Origin: Chloroflexota bacterium
GTDB lineage: Bacteria > Chloroflexota > UBA11872 > VXOZ01
Length of the DNA stretch: 64,000 nucleotides
Direction of reading: 5' to 3'
Assembly (NCBI GenBank): GCA_965207135.1
Contig: OZ242272.1
Coordinates: 1,541,336-1,605,335, forward strand
Within the stretch, counting starts at the first letter, position 1. Each line of letters opens with the position of its first letter. The position numbers and the translations under genes were made by a program. Below are positions 50,943 to 60,329 of the stretch, piece after piece. Below the pieces are notes generated by a model that was given only the letters and a program-made list of their open reading frames with translations, made no database searches and was not told the DNA's origin.

Positions 50943-52481
50943 ATGTCATTGCGCCTGCGCCTGACGTTTCTGGCAGGGAGCGTACTTGCGTTAACGCTCG
51001 TAGTCTACTATGCCTTTACGTACATCCTGATCTCCCGCGCCATCTACGGGGAGATCGATCAGGCCCTTGAAGCCCAGGCGGGTGAAGTATTCAGCTTGCT
51101 CCAAACTCGCCCTTCCCCCAAAGGGATCGAGATTTGGATACCGCCGCAGTACAGCAACGTTTTCGCGCAGTCCGGCAATTTTGTTCAGTTTGTAGGCAGC
51201 GGCGGCACGCCTATTGCTCGTACCACCAGCCTTGGGAATGAACAGCTTCCCAGCGGCAACGAGATACTCGAGCGCGCCCGCCAGGGCAAGCCATTCTTCG
51301 AAACGGTGTCGACCCACGGTACGTTGCTGCGCATCTACCACCACCCGTATGTGGCACAGGGACGCTTGCTGGGTATTCTTCAGGTCGCACGTTCTCTTAC
51401 CGACGTGGAAACTAGCCTGCGTGAGTTGCGCTTGATCATAGTCGTTGGTGGAGGGCTGAGCATAATCGGCGCGATGGGCTTGGCATATCTTGTTGCGCAC
51501 GCAGGTCTCTTTCCGCTAGAGCGCTTGGCGCAGGCTGCCCAACTGATCGGTCAAACGCAAGACCTCAGCAAGCGTGTGCCACAGGCCGGCGCTAACGACG
51601 AAGTAGGCCGGCTCGCCAAGACGTTCAACATAATGTTGGATCGTCTCCAAAGTAGCTATGCGCGAGTGGCGGAGGCGCTAGCGGCACAGCGACGCCTTGT
51701 GGCTGACGCTTCACATGAACTGCGCACACCCCTCACCGTCATCCGGGGCAACGTAGCTTTGCTGCTGGATATTCCAGACTTGTCTGCAGAAGAACGTAAG
51801 GCTGCGCTTGACGACATTGCCTATGAATCGGAGCGTATGAGCCGCCTTGTGTCCGACATGCTAACCTTGGCACGGGCCGATGCCGGCCAGACTGTTCGGC
51901 GGGAACGTGTTGATTTGAATGCGATTGCAGCCGATGTGTGCCGCCAAGCGCCCTACTTCAATGCATTGGTCGACGTAGTGATGAACGCGGCAGGTGAGGA
52001 TGTATCAGTGCAGGGTGATCGCGATCTGCTGCGCCAACTGGTACTAATCTTGGTAGACAATGCGCTAAAGTACACACCTGCAGGCGGCAGGGTTACGGTG
52101 AGCACAGTGAGTAATGCACGGGACGTGGAGCTTGTGGTGCAAGATACTGGCATTGGCATGCGCCAAGCTGACATTGCCAGCGCATTCGACCGGTTCTATC
52201 AGGCCGATAGGGCCAGAAGGTCCGGCGGCTTTGGGCTCGGTCTATCCATCGCGAAGTGGATAGTGGAAGCCCATGGCGCCAATCTTGACATAAAGAGCGC
52301 TCCCGATCAAGGCACCACCGTGAAGGTCACGCTGCCTAACTCAGTGTCAGTTCCTGGAGACTTTGCTGCAGGCGCAAAAACCTCTGAAGATTCGGCTGGG
52401 GCCATTGGGGAGACCAACGGCGTGAAAAGTGCGCGGGCTTCGCAGCCAACGACACCTCAGACCGATGACAAGAGCTCCTAA
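50943..52481 (+). CDS. Sensor histidine kinase (two TM helices, HAMP, HisKA, HATPase_c)
   Basis: H-box DASHELRTPLTVIRGN, N/G boxes LVDNALKYT and GGFGLGLSIAKWIVEAHGA. It starts 4 nt after the response-regulator stop. Confidence 0.9.
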   Translation: MSLRLRLTFLAGSVLALTLVVYYAFTYILISRAIYGEIDQALEAQAGEVFSLLQTRPSPKGIEIWIPPQYSNVFAQSGNFVQFVGSGGTPIARTTSLGNEQLPSGNEILERARQGKPFFETVSTHGTLLRIYHHPYVAQGRLLGILQVARSLTDVETSLRELRLIIVVGGGLSIIGAMGLAYLVAHAGLFPLERLAQAAQLIGQTQDLSKRVPQAGANDEVGRLAKTFNIMLDRLQSSYARVAEALAAQRRLVADASHELRTPLTVIRGNVALLLDIPDLSAEERKAALDDIAYESERMSRLVSDMLTLARADAGQTVRRERVDLNAIAADVCRQAPYFNALVDVVMNAAGEDVSVQGDRDLLRQLVLILVDNALKYTPAGGRVTVSTVSNARDVELVVQDTGIGMRQADIASAFDRFYQADRARRSGGFGLGLSIAKWIVEAHGANLDIKSAPDQGTTVKVTLPNSVSVPGDFAAGAKTSEDSAGAIGETNGVKSARASQPTTPQTDDKSS

Positions 52482-52587
52482 GCGCATTTTATTACTGTTG
52501 TTGGGCGAGTGCGTCACGCTTTTCAGGATTAGCTTAGCTAGCAGCAGTACACTATTGCCAGAAGACGATAATTAGCAGAGAGGAACG

Positions 52588-53757
52588 GTGGTGGCTATGT
52601 CGTCGAATCCCGTTCGTGCAGACGGCGATGGCGCCAATGGTGGCGATAGCAGCGCACCACTTCGGCCCGGGCTGAGTACGATAATTGTCCTTAGCGTGGT
52701 AGTCGCAATGCTGACGGGTGTCGTTGCCGGGGGCCTCACAGCATGGGCAGTCTTGCGTCAGAATCCGACCGCGCCCATCGTGGCTACCCAAACCCCCTTG
52801 ATTACGTATACGCAAGAATCGGAGGCGAGCGCTGCTGCAGTGTATCAAGCGGTAGCATCCAGCGTCGTTACCATTTTGGTCCGGGATGACGACCGACCAC
52901 GCCGACAAGGTACCGGCACCGGCATCATCCTGGACAAGGAAGGCCACATTCTCACCAACAATCACGTCATCAGCGATGTGGATAGGGTAATGGTGCAGTT
53001 GCTCGATGGCAGCACGGCCTTTGCAGAAATCATCGGCCGCGACCCTGGCACCGACCTTGCGGTCATTCGCGCCAAGTTTCCTTCGGGAGCGCTGCAGGTC
53101 GCGCGCTTTGGAAATTCTCAAGACGTGCGGCCAGGTGATCCCGTCTTTGCAATTGGCGCGCCGTATGCCCTGGGTCACAGTATTTCCGCAGGCATTGTCA
53201 GCGGTGTGGGTAGAACGTACGTCAATCAGGGCCGCAGAATTAGCGGTGCAATCCAGAGTGATGCAGCCATCAACCCGGGTAATTCCGGTGGGCCGCTGCT
53301 GAATGCCAGCGGCGAAGTGATAGGCATAACCACTGCCATTCAAACCAGCACAGGGAGTTTTATGGGCGTGGGTCTGAGCATTCCTTCTAACTTGGTCCAG
53401 CGATTGCTGCCGCAGTTAATCAGGGGCGAGGATATACGGCGCACGTTCTTGGGTATCCGGATGGCAACCATCACCCCGCAGATTGCCCGCGACAGAGACT
53501 TAGGGATTGAATGGGGTGTGCAAATACTGCAGGTTACGCCAGGCGGCCCCGCACAGCAAGCCGGGCTGCGCGGCTCCGGTTCCTCGCAGCGCGCCGACAT
53601 TATTACGGCGATTGACGGCGTAGAGATGAAGCGCGCTGGCGACCTCACCTCTTTCATACAGGCAAAGCACGTTGGTGACACAATCACGCTTACGGTGTAC
53701 CGCAACGGCGAGACACTGAAGATTGAGGTAACGCTTGGAGCTTGGCCCGAAAATTAG
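52588..53757 (+). CDS. HtrA/DegP-family trypsin-like serine protease with a C-terminal PDZ domain (PepD-like)
   Basis: It has an N-terminal TM anchor. The catalytic triad is in ILTNNHV ... D ... GNSGGPLL. The PDZ domain is GVQILQVTPGGPAQQAGLR. Confidence 0.9.
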   Translation: MVAMSSNPVRADGDGANGGDSSAPLRPGLSTIIVLSVVVAMLTGVVAGGLTAWAVLRQNPTAPIVATQTPLITYTQESEASAAAVYQAVASSVVTILVRDDDRPRRQGTGTGIILDKEGHILTNNHVISDVDRVMVQLLDGSTAFAEIIGRDPGTDLAVIRAKFPSGALQVARFGNSQDVRPGDPVFAIGAPYALGHSISAGIVSGVGRTYVNQGRRISGAIQSDAAINPGNSGGPLLNASGEVIGITTAIQTSTGSFMGVGLSIPSNLVQRLLPQLIRGEDIRRTFLGIRMATITPQIARDRDLGIEWGVQILQVTPGGPAQQAGLRGSGSSQRADIITAIDGVEMKRAGDLTSFIQAKHVGDTITLTVYRNGETLKIEVTLGAWPEN

Positions 53758-53884
53758 AATCTTAATTTAATGGCTCCCGTCACTTAGCGTGGCCCTGTGG
53801 GTGCCCCTAACGGCTTGACCGTCCCCTACTATCTAGATAATCTGAAGGCAGAGGGGCGGTTATTGTCGTTCCGGAGGGGCTGCG

Positions 53885-54895
53885 ATGCGGGTGCCACCGC
53901 CAACAGAAGAATTGCCGGACGCCAGCTACGCGGACGCGGTATTCACGGTCGTCACCTTACGTACTGCGGCTGTGACCGGCCTGGCGGCCGGCGCGATTGT
54001 GCCGTTCATCCCCTTGGCAATTCTCGTTTCAGCCGGTCTCTTTGGCACGCTTCTCTTCAATCGTGGCACCGTCTACCAGACGATGTCGCTCGCAATTTCA
54101 CCAGAAAACCTGCAAATTGCGCTGAAGGTCTACCTGCTGGTGCTCCTTGGCAGCATGGTTCTAGGGGCCGTCATGGGAACGGTGCGCCGCTGGTGCGTGC
54201 GGCGGTACATTTCCTGGCCGTTGCTCGTTGGCCACATCTTTTCGACTCACCCGGGTCCACACACGCTCATTGCGGTCTTGGCGGTGCCTGTGCTCATTGC
54301 TGCTGCGCTGCACAGGATCAGCCTCGATGGTGGCTACCTCGTGAGCATCGCTCCCGTCTTATTCTTCATGTTTCCGCTCTGGTCGCTCAGCGGCTTCATA
54401 TATGAGGCGGTGTGGGAGCCGCTTGTCTTCCTAATCTTACGCATGGCCGCAAGCGAACCTATGACGTGGCTACGGCGCGAGGCGGCGCTTGTGCAAATGC
54501 TCAGTGATGATTCAGAGCTGTTTGGCTGCCGGCTCCATGCGGTCCGGATCGATACAGAGACCGGTGTGGCGCATATTCGCGCCGACTTTCGCACGCCCGA
54601 CCACTTCCGCCGGGCACGAGAAATAGGAATGCGCGTAATCGGAGTTCGTGACGTAGCGGCGGAAGGTCTCACCGATCTTGAGAGAGCGCACGCGAGAATG
54701 GCTGGTTCTCCAAACAGTCTCTTTATCGATGGAGAACACACTTTCACAAGGCTATATCTAGGGCGAACATCGGATGTGGCAAACATGCCGCTGCATCAAA
54801 GGGTGCTACTGGCGGTGCGAGTGCTGTGGCAGGCCTTGGTTTCTACGGTTTTCCGCACCAACCGGAACGGCGGCCACAATTCCAAGGAGCGATAG
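53885..54895 (+). CDS. Hypothetical polytopic membrane protein (paralog A of a tandem pair)
   Basis: ATG with GGAGGGG 7 nt upstream. It has about five predicted TM helices (FIPLAILVSAGLFGTLLF, VYLLVLLGSMVLGAVMG, LIAVLAVPVLIAAAL, IAPVLFFMFPLWSLSGFIY) and a C-terminal soluble domain (LFGCRLHAVRIDTETGVAHIRADFRTPDHFRRAREIG). Confidence 0.7.
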   Translation: MRVPPPTEELPDASYADAVFTVVTLRTAAVTGLAAGAIVPFIPLAILVSAGLFGTLLFNRGTVYQTMSLAISPENLQIALKVYLLVLLGSMVLGAVMGTVRRWCVRRYISWPLLVGHIFSTHPGPHTLIAVLAVPVLIAAALHRISLDGGYLVSIAPVLFFMFPLWSLSGFIYEAVWEPLVFLILRMAASEPMTWLRREAALVQMLSDDSELFGCRLHAVRIDTETGVAHIRADFRTPDHFRRAREIGMRVIGVRDVAAEGLTDLERAHARMAGSPNSLFIDGEHTFTRLYLGRTSDVANMPLHQRVLLAVRVLWQALVSTVFRTNRNGGHNSKER

Positions 54896-54898
54896 ATT

Positions 54899-55762
54899 GT
54901 GGTAAACATGGACCCTATGCGAGTGGAAAGAACTCCCCCGGTAACGGAACCGTCGAGCGACTTGCCGGATGAGCTTGAGGCAGACGTCGTTCTTACCGTA
55001 ATCGACGTGCGTACGGTCATTGCGGCCGGTTTTGCGGCCGGTGTGCTGGTGCCTTGCATTCCCCTTGCGCTGATTGGTGCGATTGGATTCATTGCCACGA
55101 TCATGTTCAACCGCGGCACAATTGACGTTGGGACTCTTGCTGCATCTACAGGCGCCGGCGTGCTGTCAACATTGTATTTATTTTTACTCGTTATCCTCGG
55201 TAGCGGAGTCTTGGGGGCGGTGATTGGAGCGGTCCGCCGCTGGAGTGTCCGCCGGGGTATTTATTGGAAGTTGCTCGTCGGTCACTACTTCTCCTCGCAT
55301 CCTGGCCCCCAATCAGTCATTGCTCTTGTCGTGGTGCCCTTTTTGGTGGTGGCCGCCCTGCATGCGGTGAGTGTGACGAACGGGCTTCTGGTAAGCATTG
55401 CGCCGGTGTTCTTCTTTATGGTTCCGCCCGCCTGGATGCTGGCAGGGCTAATATACGAAGGAGCCTGGGAAGCCCTGGTGTTTCCGATGTTGCGCACGAG
55501 AGCAACTGAGCCAATGAAGTGGCTTAGTCGTGAAGCCGCGCTCTTTCGCCTGTTGAAGGATGACTCCTATCTCTTTGACTGCCGTTTGCATACGGTCCGC
55601 ATTGATGCAGAAACCGGCGTCGCACACATCGGCGGTGAATTCGCCACGCCCGACCACTTGCGCCGCGTTCGGGAAATAGGCCGGCGGGTGGTCGGTGTGA
55701 CCGAGGTTGAGGTTACAAGGGTCCACCGCACGCAGGCAGAGCGCTTGGCGACCAACAGTTAG
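54899..55762 (+). CDS. Hypothetical polytopic membrane protein (paralog B of the tandem pair)
   Basis: It has the same architecture and is collinear with paralog A (LFDCRLHTVRIDAETGVAHIGGEFATPDHLRRVREIG). GTG start at 54899 with AGGAG upstream. The ATG at 54917 (MRVERTPP, aligning with MRVPPPTE of paralog A) is an alternative start. Confidence 0.7.
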   Translation: MVNMDPMRVERTPPVTEPSSDLPDELEADVVLTVIDVRTVIAAGFAAGVLVPCIPLALIGAIGFIATIMFNRGTIDVGTLAASTGAGVLSTLYLFLLVILGSGVLGAVIGAVRRWSVRRGIYWKLLVGHYFSSHPGPQSVIALVVVPFLVVAALHAVSVTNGLLVSIAPVFFFMVPPAWMLAGLIYEGAWEALVFPMLRTRATEPMKWLSREAALFRLLKDDSYLFDCRLHTVRIDAETGVAHIGGEFATPDHLRRVREIGRRVVGVTEVEVTRVHRTQAERLATNS

Positions 55763-55832
55763 CGCCTGTGGTTGCTCCAGTAGTGAAAACTGACTCACTG
55801 GTCTTCAGGATGCCAGGGAACTGGTAAAGCAT

Positions 55833-57164
55833 ATGACACGTCGCAGTCTACTTAGTTCTGTATTGATTGGCGCAAATGCGCTGCTGCTTAGCTGTGGCGG
55901 CGATGACGAAGAGGCGCAATCCTCGCCAGCAGCGCCCGAATCTCGTGTGGGAACCGGCATAAAATCTGCAAACGATAGCCGGCAACTCACGCTTGCAGTT
56001 CTGGATACTCCCTTTGCGGTCCATCCTGCCCAGAATGCCATTCAAGAGTGGTCAAAGGGTAGCATTGACGACGGTGCGGATGCGACGCATTTGGAACTTG
56101 TAAAAGTACCTTTGCAGGCCGGTGCGAGAGAATTTCTTGCTGCACACGAAGCAGGGGGCGTTACCGTCGACCTGATCTGGTTGCCGATCCGTGAAGACAT
56201 TCCCGCACTATTCAAGACTGGACTGATTGGAACCCTCGACAGGTGGCTGCAATTTGACCAGAGTAGACCGATGGAGGCGTTTGCAGGAGAGGCCCGTCGC
56301 CTCGTACGATTTCGTTCTCAGACCCTGGCGATGCCCATCGCAGTCGCACCCGGTGTGTTGGCGCACAATGCCAACCGCTTCAGAATCGCAAACCAGGCGG
56401 GACCTACGCACGAGTGGACGTGGGATGACTTCATAGAGACTGGGAAGCGCTTAACCGATGACAGGAATGGGGACGGAACAATCGATCGGTGGGGTTTCGC
56501 CGCGGCCAGTTTTTTCCCGGATTGGTTGCCATTTCTGCTGCAAGAAGACGTAACGATTGCAGACTTGGAGACGGGCGAGATTGGGATTGAGGATCCGGCA
56601 AGCCTGCGCGCGCTAAGTGCCTGGGATGAGCTAGGGAGAGAGCATGGCATCCTGCCCTATGGGCCGGATGTAACGGTTGCGCAGCTCTTCGGCTGGAATG
56701 ATCTCAACCATAGGGGAATGTATTTCACCCCCTTTATGCAGCGCATGCCCGATCAATGGCAGATGGTGACCCCTCTCCCGAAGAAGGATCGGAACACAAC
56801 GCCCCTCGTGCTTGTGGAAGCGCTGGCAATTCCGGCGGCCGCCGATGGAGAACTGGCGTACGAAGTGCTTGTGCCGTTGGCGCACTGGCTGGGAGAGCGG
56901 CGCGCATTGCCCGCCGTTACTGCTGGTTGGCAATACTTGCAAAAGCCGGATCGCGAACACTTTGACCTGATTTTTCCGGAGTCAGTCCGGGCCACGGGGC
57001 TGCAAGCGTTAACCGAAGCAAGAGCTTCCCACGTTGCCAGTAGTCTAGCTCTGACGCAGGCGCTCTTCAATCTCATTACCTGGCGCCTGGCGCGGGACGA
57101 AGTGGGAATCGAACAGGCAATTGAGCAGGCTGCAAACTGGCTGCAGAGCTACGTCAACGAGTGA
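55833..57164 (+). CDS. Extracellular solute-binding lipoprotein (SBP family 1-like), orphan
   Basis: MTRRSLLSSVLIGANALLLSCGG is a Tat-type signal with a lipobox Cys. The SBP-like core is PIAVAPGVLAHNANRF...WTWDDFIETGKRLT. It is a paralog of the gene at 58873. Confidence 0.8.
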   Translation: MTRRSLLSSVLIGANALLLSCGGDDEEAQSSPAAPESRVGTGIKSANDSRQLTLAVLDTPFAVHPAQNAIQEWSKGSIDDGADATHLELVKVPLQAGAREFLAAHEAGGVTVDLIWLPIREDIPALFKTGLIGTLDRWLQFDQSRPMEAFAGEARRLVRFRSQTLAMPIAVAPGVLAHNANRFRIANQAGPTHEWTWDDFIETGKRLTDDRNGDGTIDRWGFAAASFFPDWLPFLLQEDVTIADLETGEIGIEDPASLRALSAWDELGREHGILPYGPDVTVAQLFGWNDLNHRGMYFTPFMQRMPDQWQMVTPLPKKDRNTTPLVLVEALAIPAAADGELAYEVLVPLAHWLGERRALPAVTAGWQYLQKPDREHFDLIFPESVRATGLQALTEARASHVASSLALTQALFNLITWRLARDEVGIEQAIEQAANWLQSYVNE

Positions 57165-57431
57165 CCTCTTGCTCAGAGCGCATCCGCGCGACATTTCGGC
57201 AATTGGGCTTAACATGGCAGTGATCCAAGCATGCCCCGGTGATGCCTGGAGTAGACGCCTATTGCCCAATGCAAAGCAGCCTTGCGGTTTGTTGGCGCAC
57301 GTTTGGGCTGATAATGCAGGCGCGAGAGCCGGGAACCGCATAGTATAGAGGTCTCAGCGTGTCCTATCGTCCTGCTCGAAGCTGAGCGTTGCTACGCACT
57401 CGCGGTCGGAGCGCCCCTATAATTGACATAA

Positions 57432-57461
57432 AGACACCTGCCGCAGTTGCGGCAGGTGTCT
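57432..57461. terminator. Bidirectional terminator hairpin AGACACCTGCCGC-agtt-GCGGCAGGTGTCT
   Basis: Perfect 13-bp stem between convergent genes (SBP ending at 57164 on the plus strand, small ORF ending at 57503 on the minus strand). It is followed by CGTCTATTTGCG. Confidence 0.65.
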
Positions 57462-57502
57462 CGTCTATTTGCGAATGCTAAACGCCGATCAAGATCCGGC
57501 GC

Positions 57503-57790
57503 CTAGTCTGCACGACCCGGCACGAACCCCTCAGTGCCGAGGAGCTTCTGCGCTTCCTCCAGGGTTTCATCCGGCGGCGGTAGAATGACGTCTGACGGGA
57601 CAATCTCTTCATCCGCAAGCGCGGTGCCCTCTTGGGTCACCAAATCGTGCATCCTCTGAAGCAATTGCTGGAACGATTCGTTATCGGAGCCGCCCACGGC
57701 TTCTTCGATTTCGTCGTCAAACCGCTGTAATTCACCGATAATGTCGTCATCGAGGCGGTATTGGCCCACAGTCGCGATGCGGACAATCAT
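57503..57790 (-). CDS. Small acidic protein translationally coupled to pspA (possible PspA-associated partner)
   Basis: 95-aa, Asp/Glu-rich protein. Its start overlaps the pspA stop by 4 nt (ATGA). No TM helices are predicted. Confidence 0.55.
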   Translation of the reverse strand: MIVRIATVGQYRLDDDIIGELQRFDDEIEEAVGGSDNESFQQLLQRMHDLVTQEGTALADEEIVPSDVILPPPDETLEEAQKLLGTEGFVPGRAD

Positions 57791-58518
57791 GCGCGGTCCT
57801 CCAACTGTTTCTTGTCCTTGTCCTCAAGCTGTCGTTTGAGCATTTCCAGCTCATCATCCACACCGCTCTCGGCGCTGAGCTTGTTCAACTCTCTATCCAC
57901 AAAATCGGAACGCGCGCCGGCAGAGTCTTCAAGTACTCCGGTATCCACTAGCTCGTCGATTGCCAATGCCCGCGCCTGCAGCGACTCTGTACGCTCTTCG
58001 GCTCGCTCAACGAGCAAGGAAACGTCAGCCATCTCTTCGGATAGGCCCGACACAGTCTCGCTAATGCGCGTCTGGGCCTCTGCCGCGCTGTATTGGGCTT
58101 TAATGACCTCTTTGCGCGTGCGGAAGTTCTCCACCTTTGCTACTAGTTTCTGTTCGGTAAGCGCGAGCCGTTCTTGGTCGTGTTCCAAAGCTTTTATTTG
58201 CTGTCTGAGACTATCCGATTGAGTCACAATAAGCTGTTTGCGCTGGAGCGCAATGCGGGCAAGGTCTTCGCGACCCGCTTCAATGGCACGCTGCGCCTGA
58301 TCCACCAGCTTGGCCTCGTTGCTCTCCAGTTTGGCAGCTTGCATTTCAAGCCGCCGTTTCGATGTTACGACCTCAACGATGCCCCGTTTGACCTTGTGCA
58401 GTTGCTCAAGCTGCCGTTCGTAGGCATAGTCAAGCGTCTCAGCCGGGTCCTCGCTTCGGTCTAACAGCGCATTGATTTTGGCGCTGAGCACAGCGCCCAT
58501 CCGCGAAAAGACTCCCAT
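57787..58518 (-). CDS. pspA: PspA/IM30 (phage-shock protein A / Vipp1) family protein
   Basis: Start moved to the ATG at 58516-58518 (MGVFSRMGAVLSAKINALLDRSEDP, the canonical PspA N-terminus) with GGAGGAG 7 nt upstream. The rest of the protein is a long coiled coil. Confidence 0.9.
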   Translation of the reverse strand: MGVFSRMGAVLSAKINALLDRSEDPAETLDYAYERQLEQLHKVKRGIVEVVTSKRRLEMQAAKLESNEAKLVDQAQRAIEAGREDLARIALQRKQLIVTQSDSLRQQIKALEHDQERLALTEQKLVAKVENFRTRKEVIKAQYSAAEAQTRISETVSGLSEEMADVSLLVERAEERTESLQARALAIDELVDTGVLEDSAGARSDFVDRELNKLSAESGVDDELEMLKRQLEDKDKKQLEDRA

Positions 58519-58562
58519 TCGCACTCCTCCGGTTCGGTGACCGCTGGGATCTCCTTCAACCG

Positions 58563-58583
58563 TACTTGACACATTCTCAAGTA
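58563..58583. promoter_or_regulatory. Perfect 21-bp palindrome TACTTGA-CACATTC-TCAAGTA, 45-65 bp upstream of the pspA start
   Basis: 7-7-7 inverted repeat read directly from the sequence. A minus-strand TTGTCA-N16-TATAAT promoter lies about 120 bp further upstream, at about 58705-58732. Confidence 0.5.
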
Positions 58584-58872
58584 TCCCACAGGAATACTGC
58601 TTGGTCAAACAACTCTAAATGGCAGTGCAGTTCCTGCCAAGTGTTCTCTATGAGATACTCAGGGGAGCATTCACGAGCTTGAGTTGCACTGTACATAATG
58701 ACAGATTATACTGGAAGTGATATTATTGACAAATAATCTCACTGTGTTTACGCAGGCAGACGGTCGAGACACTTTTCGATACTGCAGCGCGTTTGCGCGA
58801 GCGACTGAGGGGACGCTAATGGGGTCTCGGATACAAGAATCCTCCGTTGCGAACAGGGAAGGAGCAAGGACC

Positions 58873-60258
58873 GTGACGCGACGCGATTGGTTGGGAATTG
58901 CAGTGTTCAGCGGTGCAGTAGCGCTGTTGGCAAGTTGTGGTGGTGATGAGGATGACGAACAATCGTCACGAATGGAACCGAGTCCCCGCGCAGCAGACAT
59001 TGTAAAGACCGCCAAGGAGCCGCGGCAGTATACGCTGGCGTACCTGGAACTTCCGTTTATTCAAAACCCGCCTAAGCCAAGCATTCTCGGCCGGGAAGTG
59101 GTCACAGAGTGGAATAGTGGCGAGATGCCGGGCACGCCCGAGGGCGCAACGCTCGAGTTCGTCGCCATGCCGAGGAAAACCGACGAAAACAACCGTTTTC
59201 TGGGTGCCGAGTCAGTACTTGATTATCTGAGTACGGCGGCGGCAGGCGGGGTTTCCGCAGGGGATGTGGTTTGGCTTCCCTCCTATGCGCAAATCATGGA
59301 CATCCTGAGAGCCAGGTTTTTCCTCCCACTTGATCGCTGGTTGCAGGGAGATAAGCAAAGTCCGCTGGATGCGTTTTCGGATGAGGCCATGCGCCTCGTG
59401 CGGTATAGGGGCCAGACTCTCGGCTTGCCTATCGCGGTGGCTCCAGGCGTGCTCGGCTACGCCGCAGACCGCTTTCAGCGTGCCAACGTGGCCGCGCCGG
59501 ATGCCGAATGGACCTGGTCGGACTTCATCGAGGCGGGTCAGCATCTTACTCTGGACGCTAATGAAGACGGAAAGCCCGAACAGTGGGGCCTTACGGCGAA
59601 CTGGGACTTCCCGGACTGGCTACCCTTCCTGCTGCAGGAGGGCGGTGAAATCGTAGACCTGGATGCAGGCGTGATACATCTGGAAGGACCGGCTGCCGAG
59701 CGCGCTCTCACGGCCTGGGATGAACTGGGTAGAGTGCATGGCATCCTTCCCTATGGTCCCGACATATTAGACTCTGATTTGCGGGGTTACGAGGACACTG
59801 TTCCAAGCGCCATGCGCTTTTCGCGTTTCATGAGGACGCCATGGGGCTACTGGCCAAGCTACACTCCAATGCCACAGGGATCAAAGAAAGCTACGCCGCT
59901 GTTGCTGGAGGAAGTGCTGGCGGCGCCGGTCGCTGCGGACGCGGAGAGCGCGTATGAAGCGCTCATTCCTCTCGCTCACTGGATAGGCGAACGTCGGGTC
60001 TTGCCCGCCGTGACGGCCGGCTGGCAATACCTAGAGAATCCGGATATCGGCCACTTCGACTTGATACTCCCGGAATCGATGCGAGAAACCGCGCTGCAGA
60101 GTTTACCCAATGCTAAAGCCTCCCACGCAGCCAGTAGCTCTGCACTCTCGCATCAACTCTTCTACCAAGTCACGCTGCCCTTGGCGCGTGGCGAGATTGT
60201 CGTCGGGCAAGCGATCGATCAGGCGGTCATTGTGTGCCAGGGCTATCTTGCTGAATGA
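58873..60258 (+). CDS. Extracellular solute-binding lipoprotein (SBP family 1-like), orphan; paralog of 55833..57164
   Basis: The GTG at 58873 was preferred (GGAAGGAG 8 nt upstream). It gives the Tat-type signal (V/M)TRRDWLGIAVFSGAVALLASCGG, collinear with the paralog start MTRRSLL. The ATG at 58819 is an alternative; the track begins at 58717. Confidence 0.8.
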   Translation: MTRRDWLGIAVFSGAVALLASCGGDEDDEQSSRMEPSPRAADIVKTAKEPRQYTLAYLELPFIQNPPKPSILGREVVTEWNSGEMPGTPEGATLEFVAMPRKTDENNRFLGAESVLDYLSTAAAGGVSAGDVVWLPSYAQIMDILRARFFLPLDRWLQGDKQSPLDAFSDEAMRLVRYRGQTLGLPIAVAPGVLGYAADRFQRANVAAPDAEWTWSDFIEAGQHLTLDANEDGKPEQWGLTANWDFPDWLPFLLQEGGEIVDLDAGVIHLEGPAAERALTAWDELGRVHGILPYGPDILDSDLRGYEDTVPSAMRFSRFMRTPWGYWPSYTPMPQGSKKATPLLLEEVLAAPVAADAESAYEALIPLAHWIGERRVLPAVTAGWQYLENPDIGHFDLILPESMRETALQSLPNAKASHAASSSALSHQLFYQVTLPLARGEIVVGQAIDQAVIVCQGYLAE

Positions 60259-60293
60259 ATAAGTTCCGAGAATGTATCTTCTCGGAACTTATT
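60258..60293 (+). terminator. Intrinsic terminator AATAAGTTCCGAGAA-tgtatc-TTCTCGGAACTTATT overlapping the SBP stop codon
   Basis: Perfect 15-bp stem followed by the T-rich CTGGTTCTGG. Confidence 0.65.
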
Positions 60294-60329
60294 CTGGTTC
60301 TGGGCACTGGGCCTCATAATCCCTTGAAC

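Noticed and set aside
52552-53343. 263-aa minus-strand ORF
   Set aside because: Antisense to the HtrA-family protease gene. It has no independent support.
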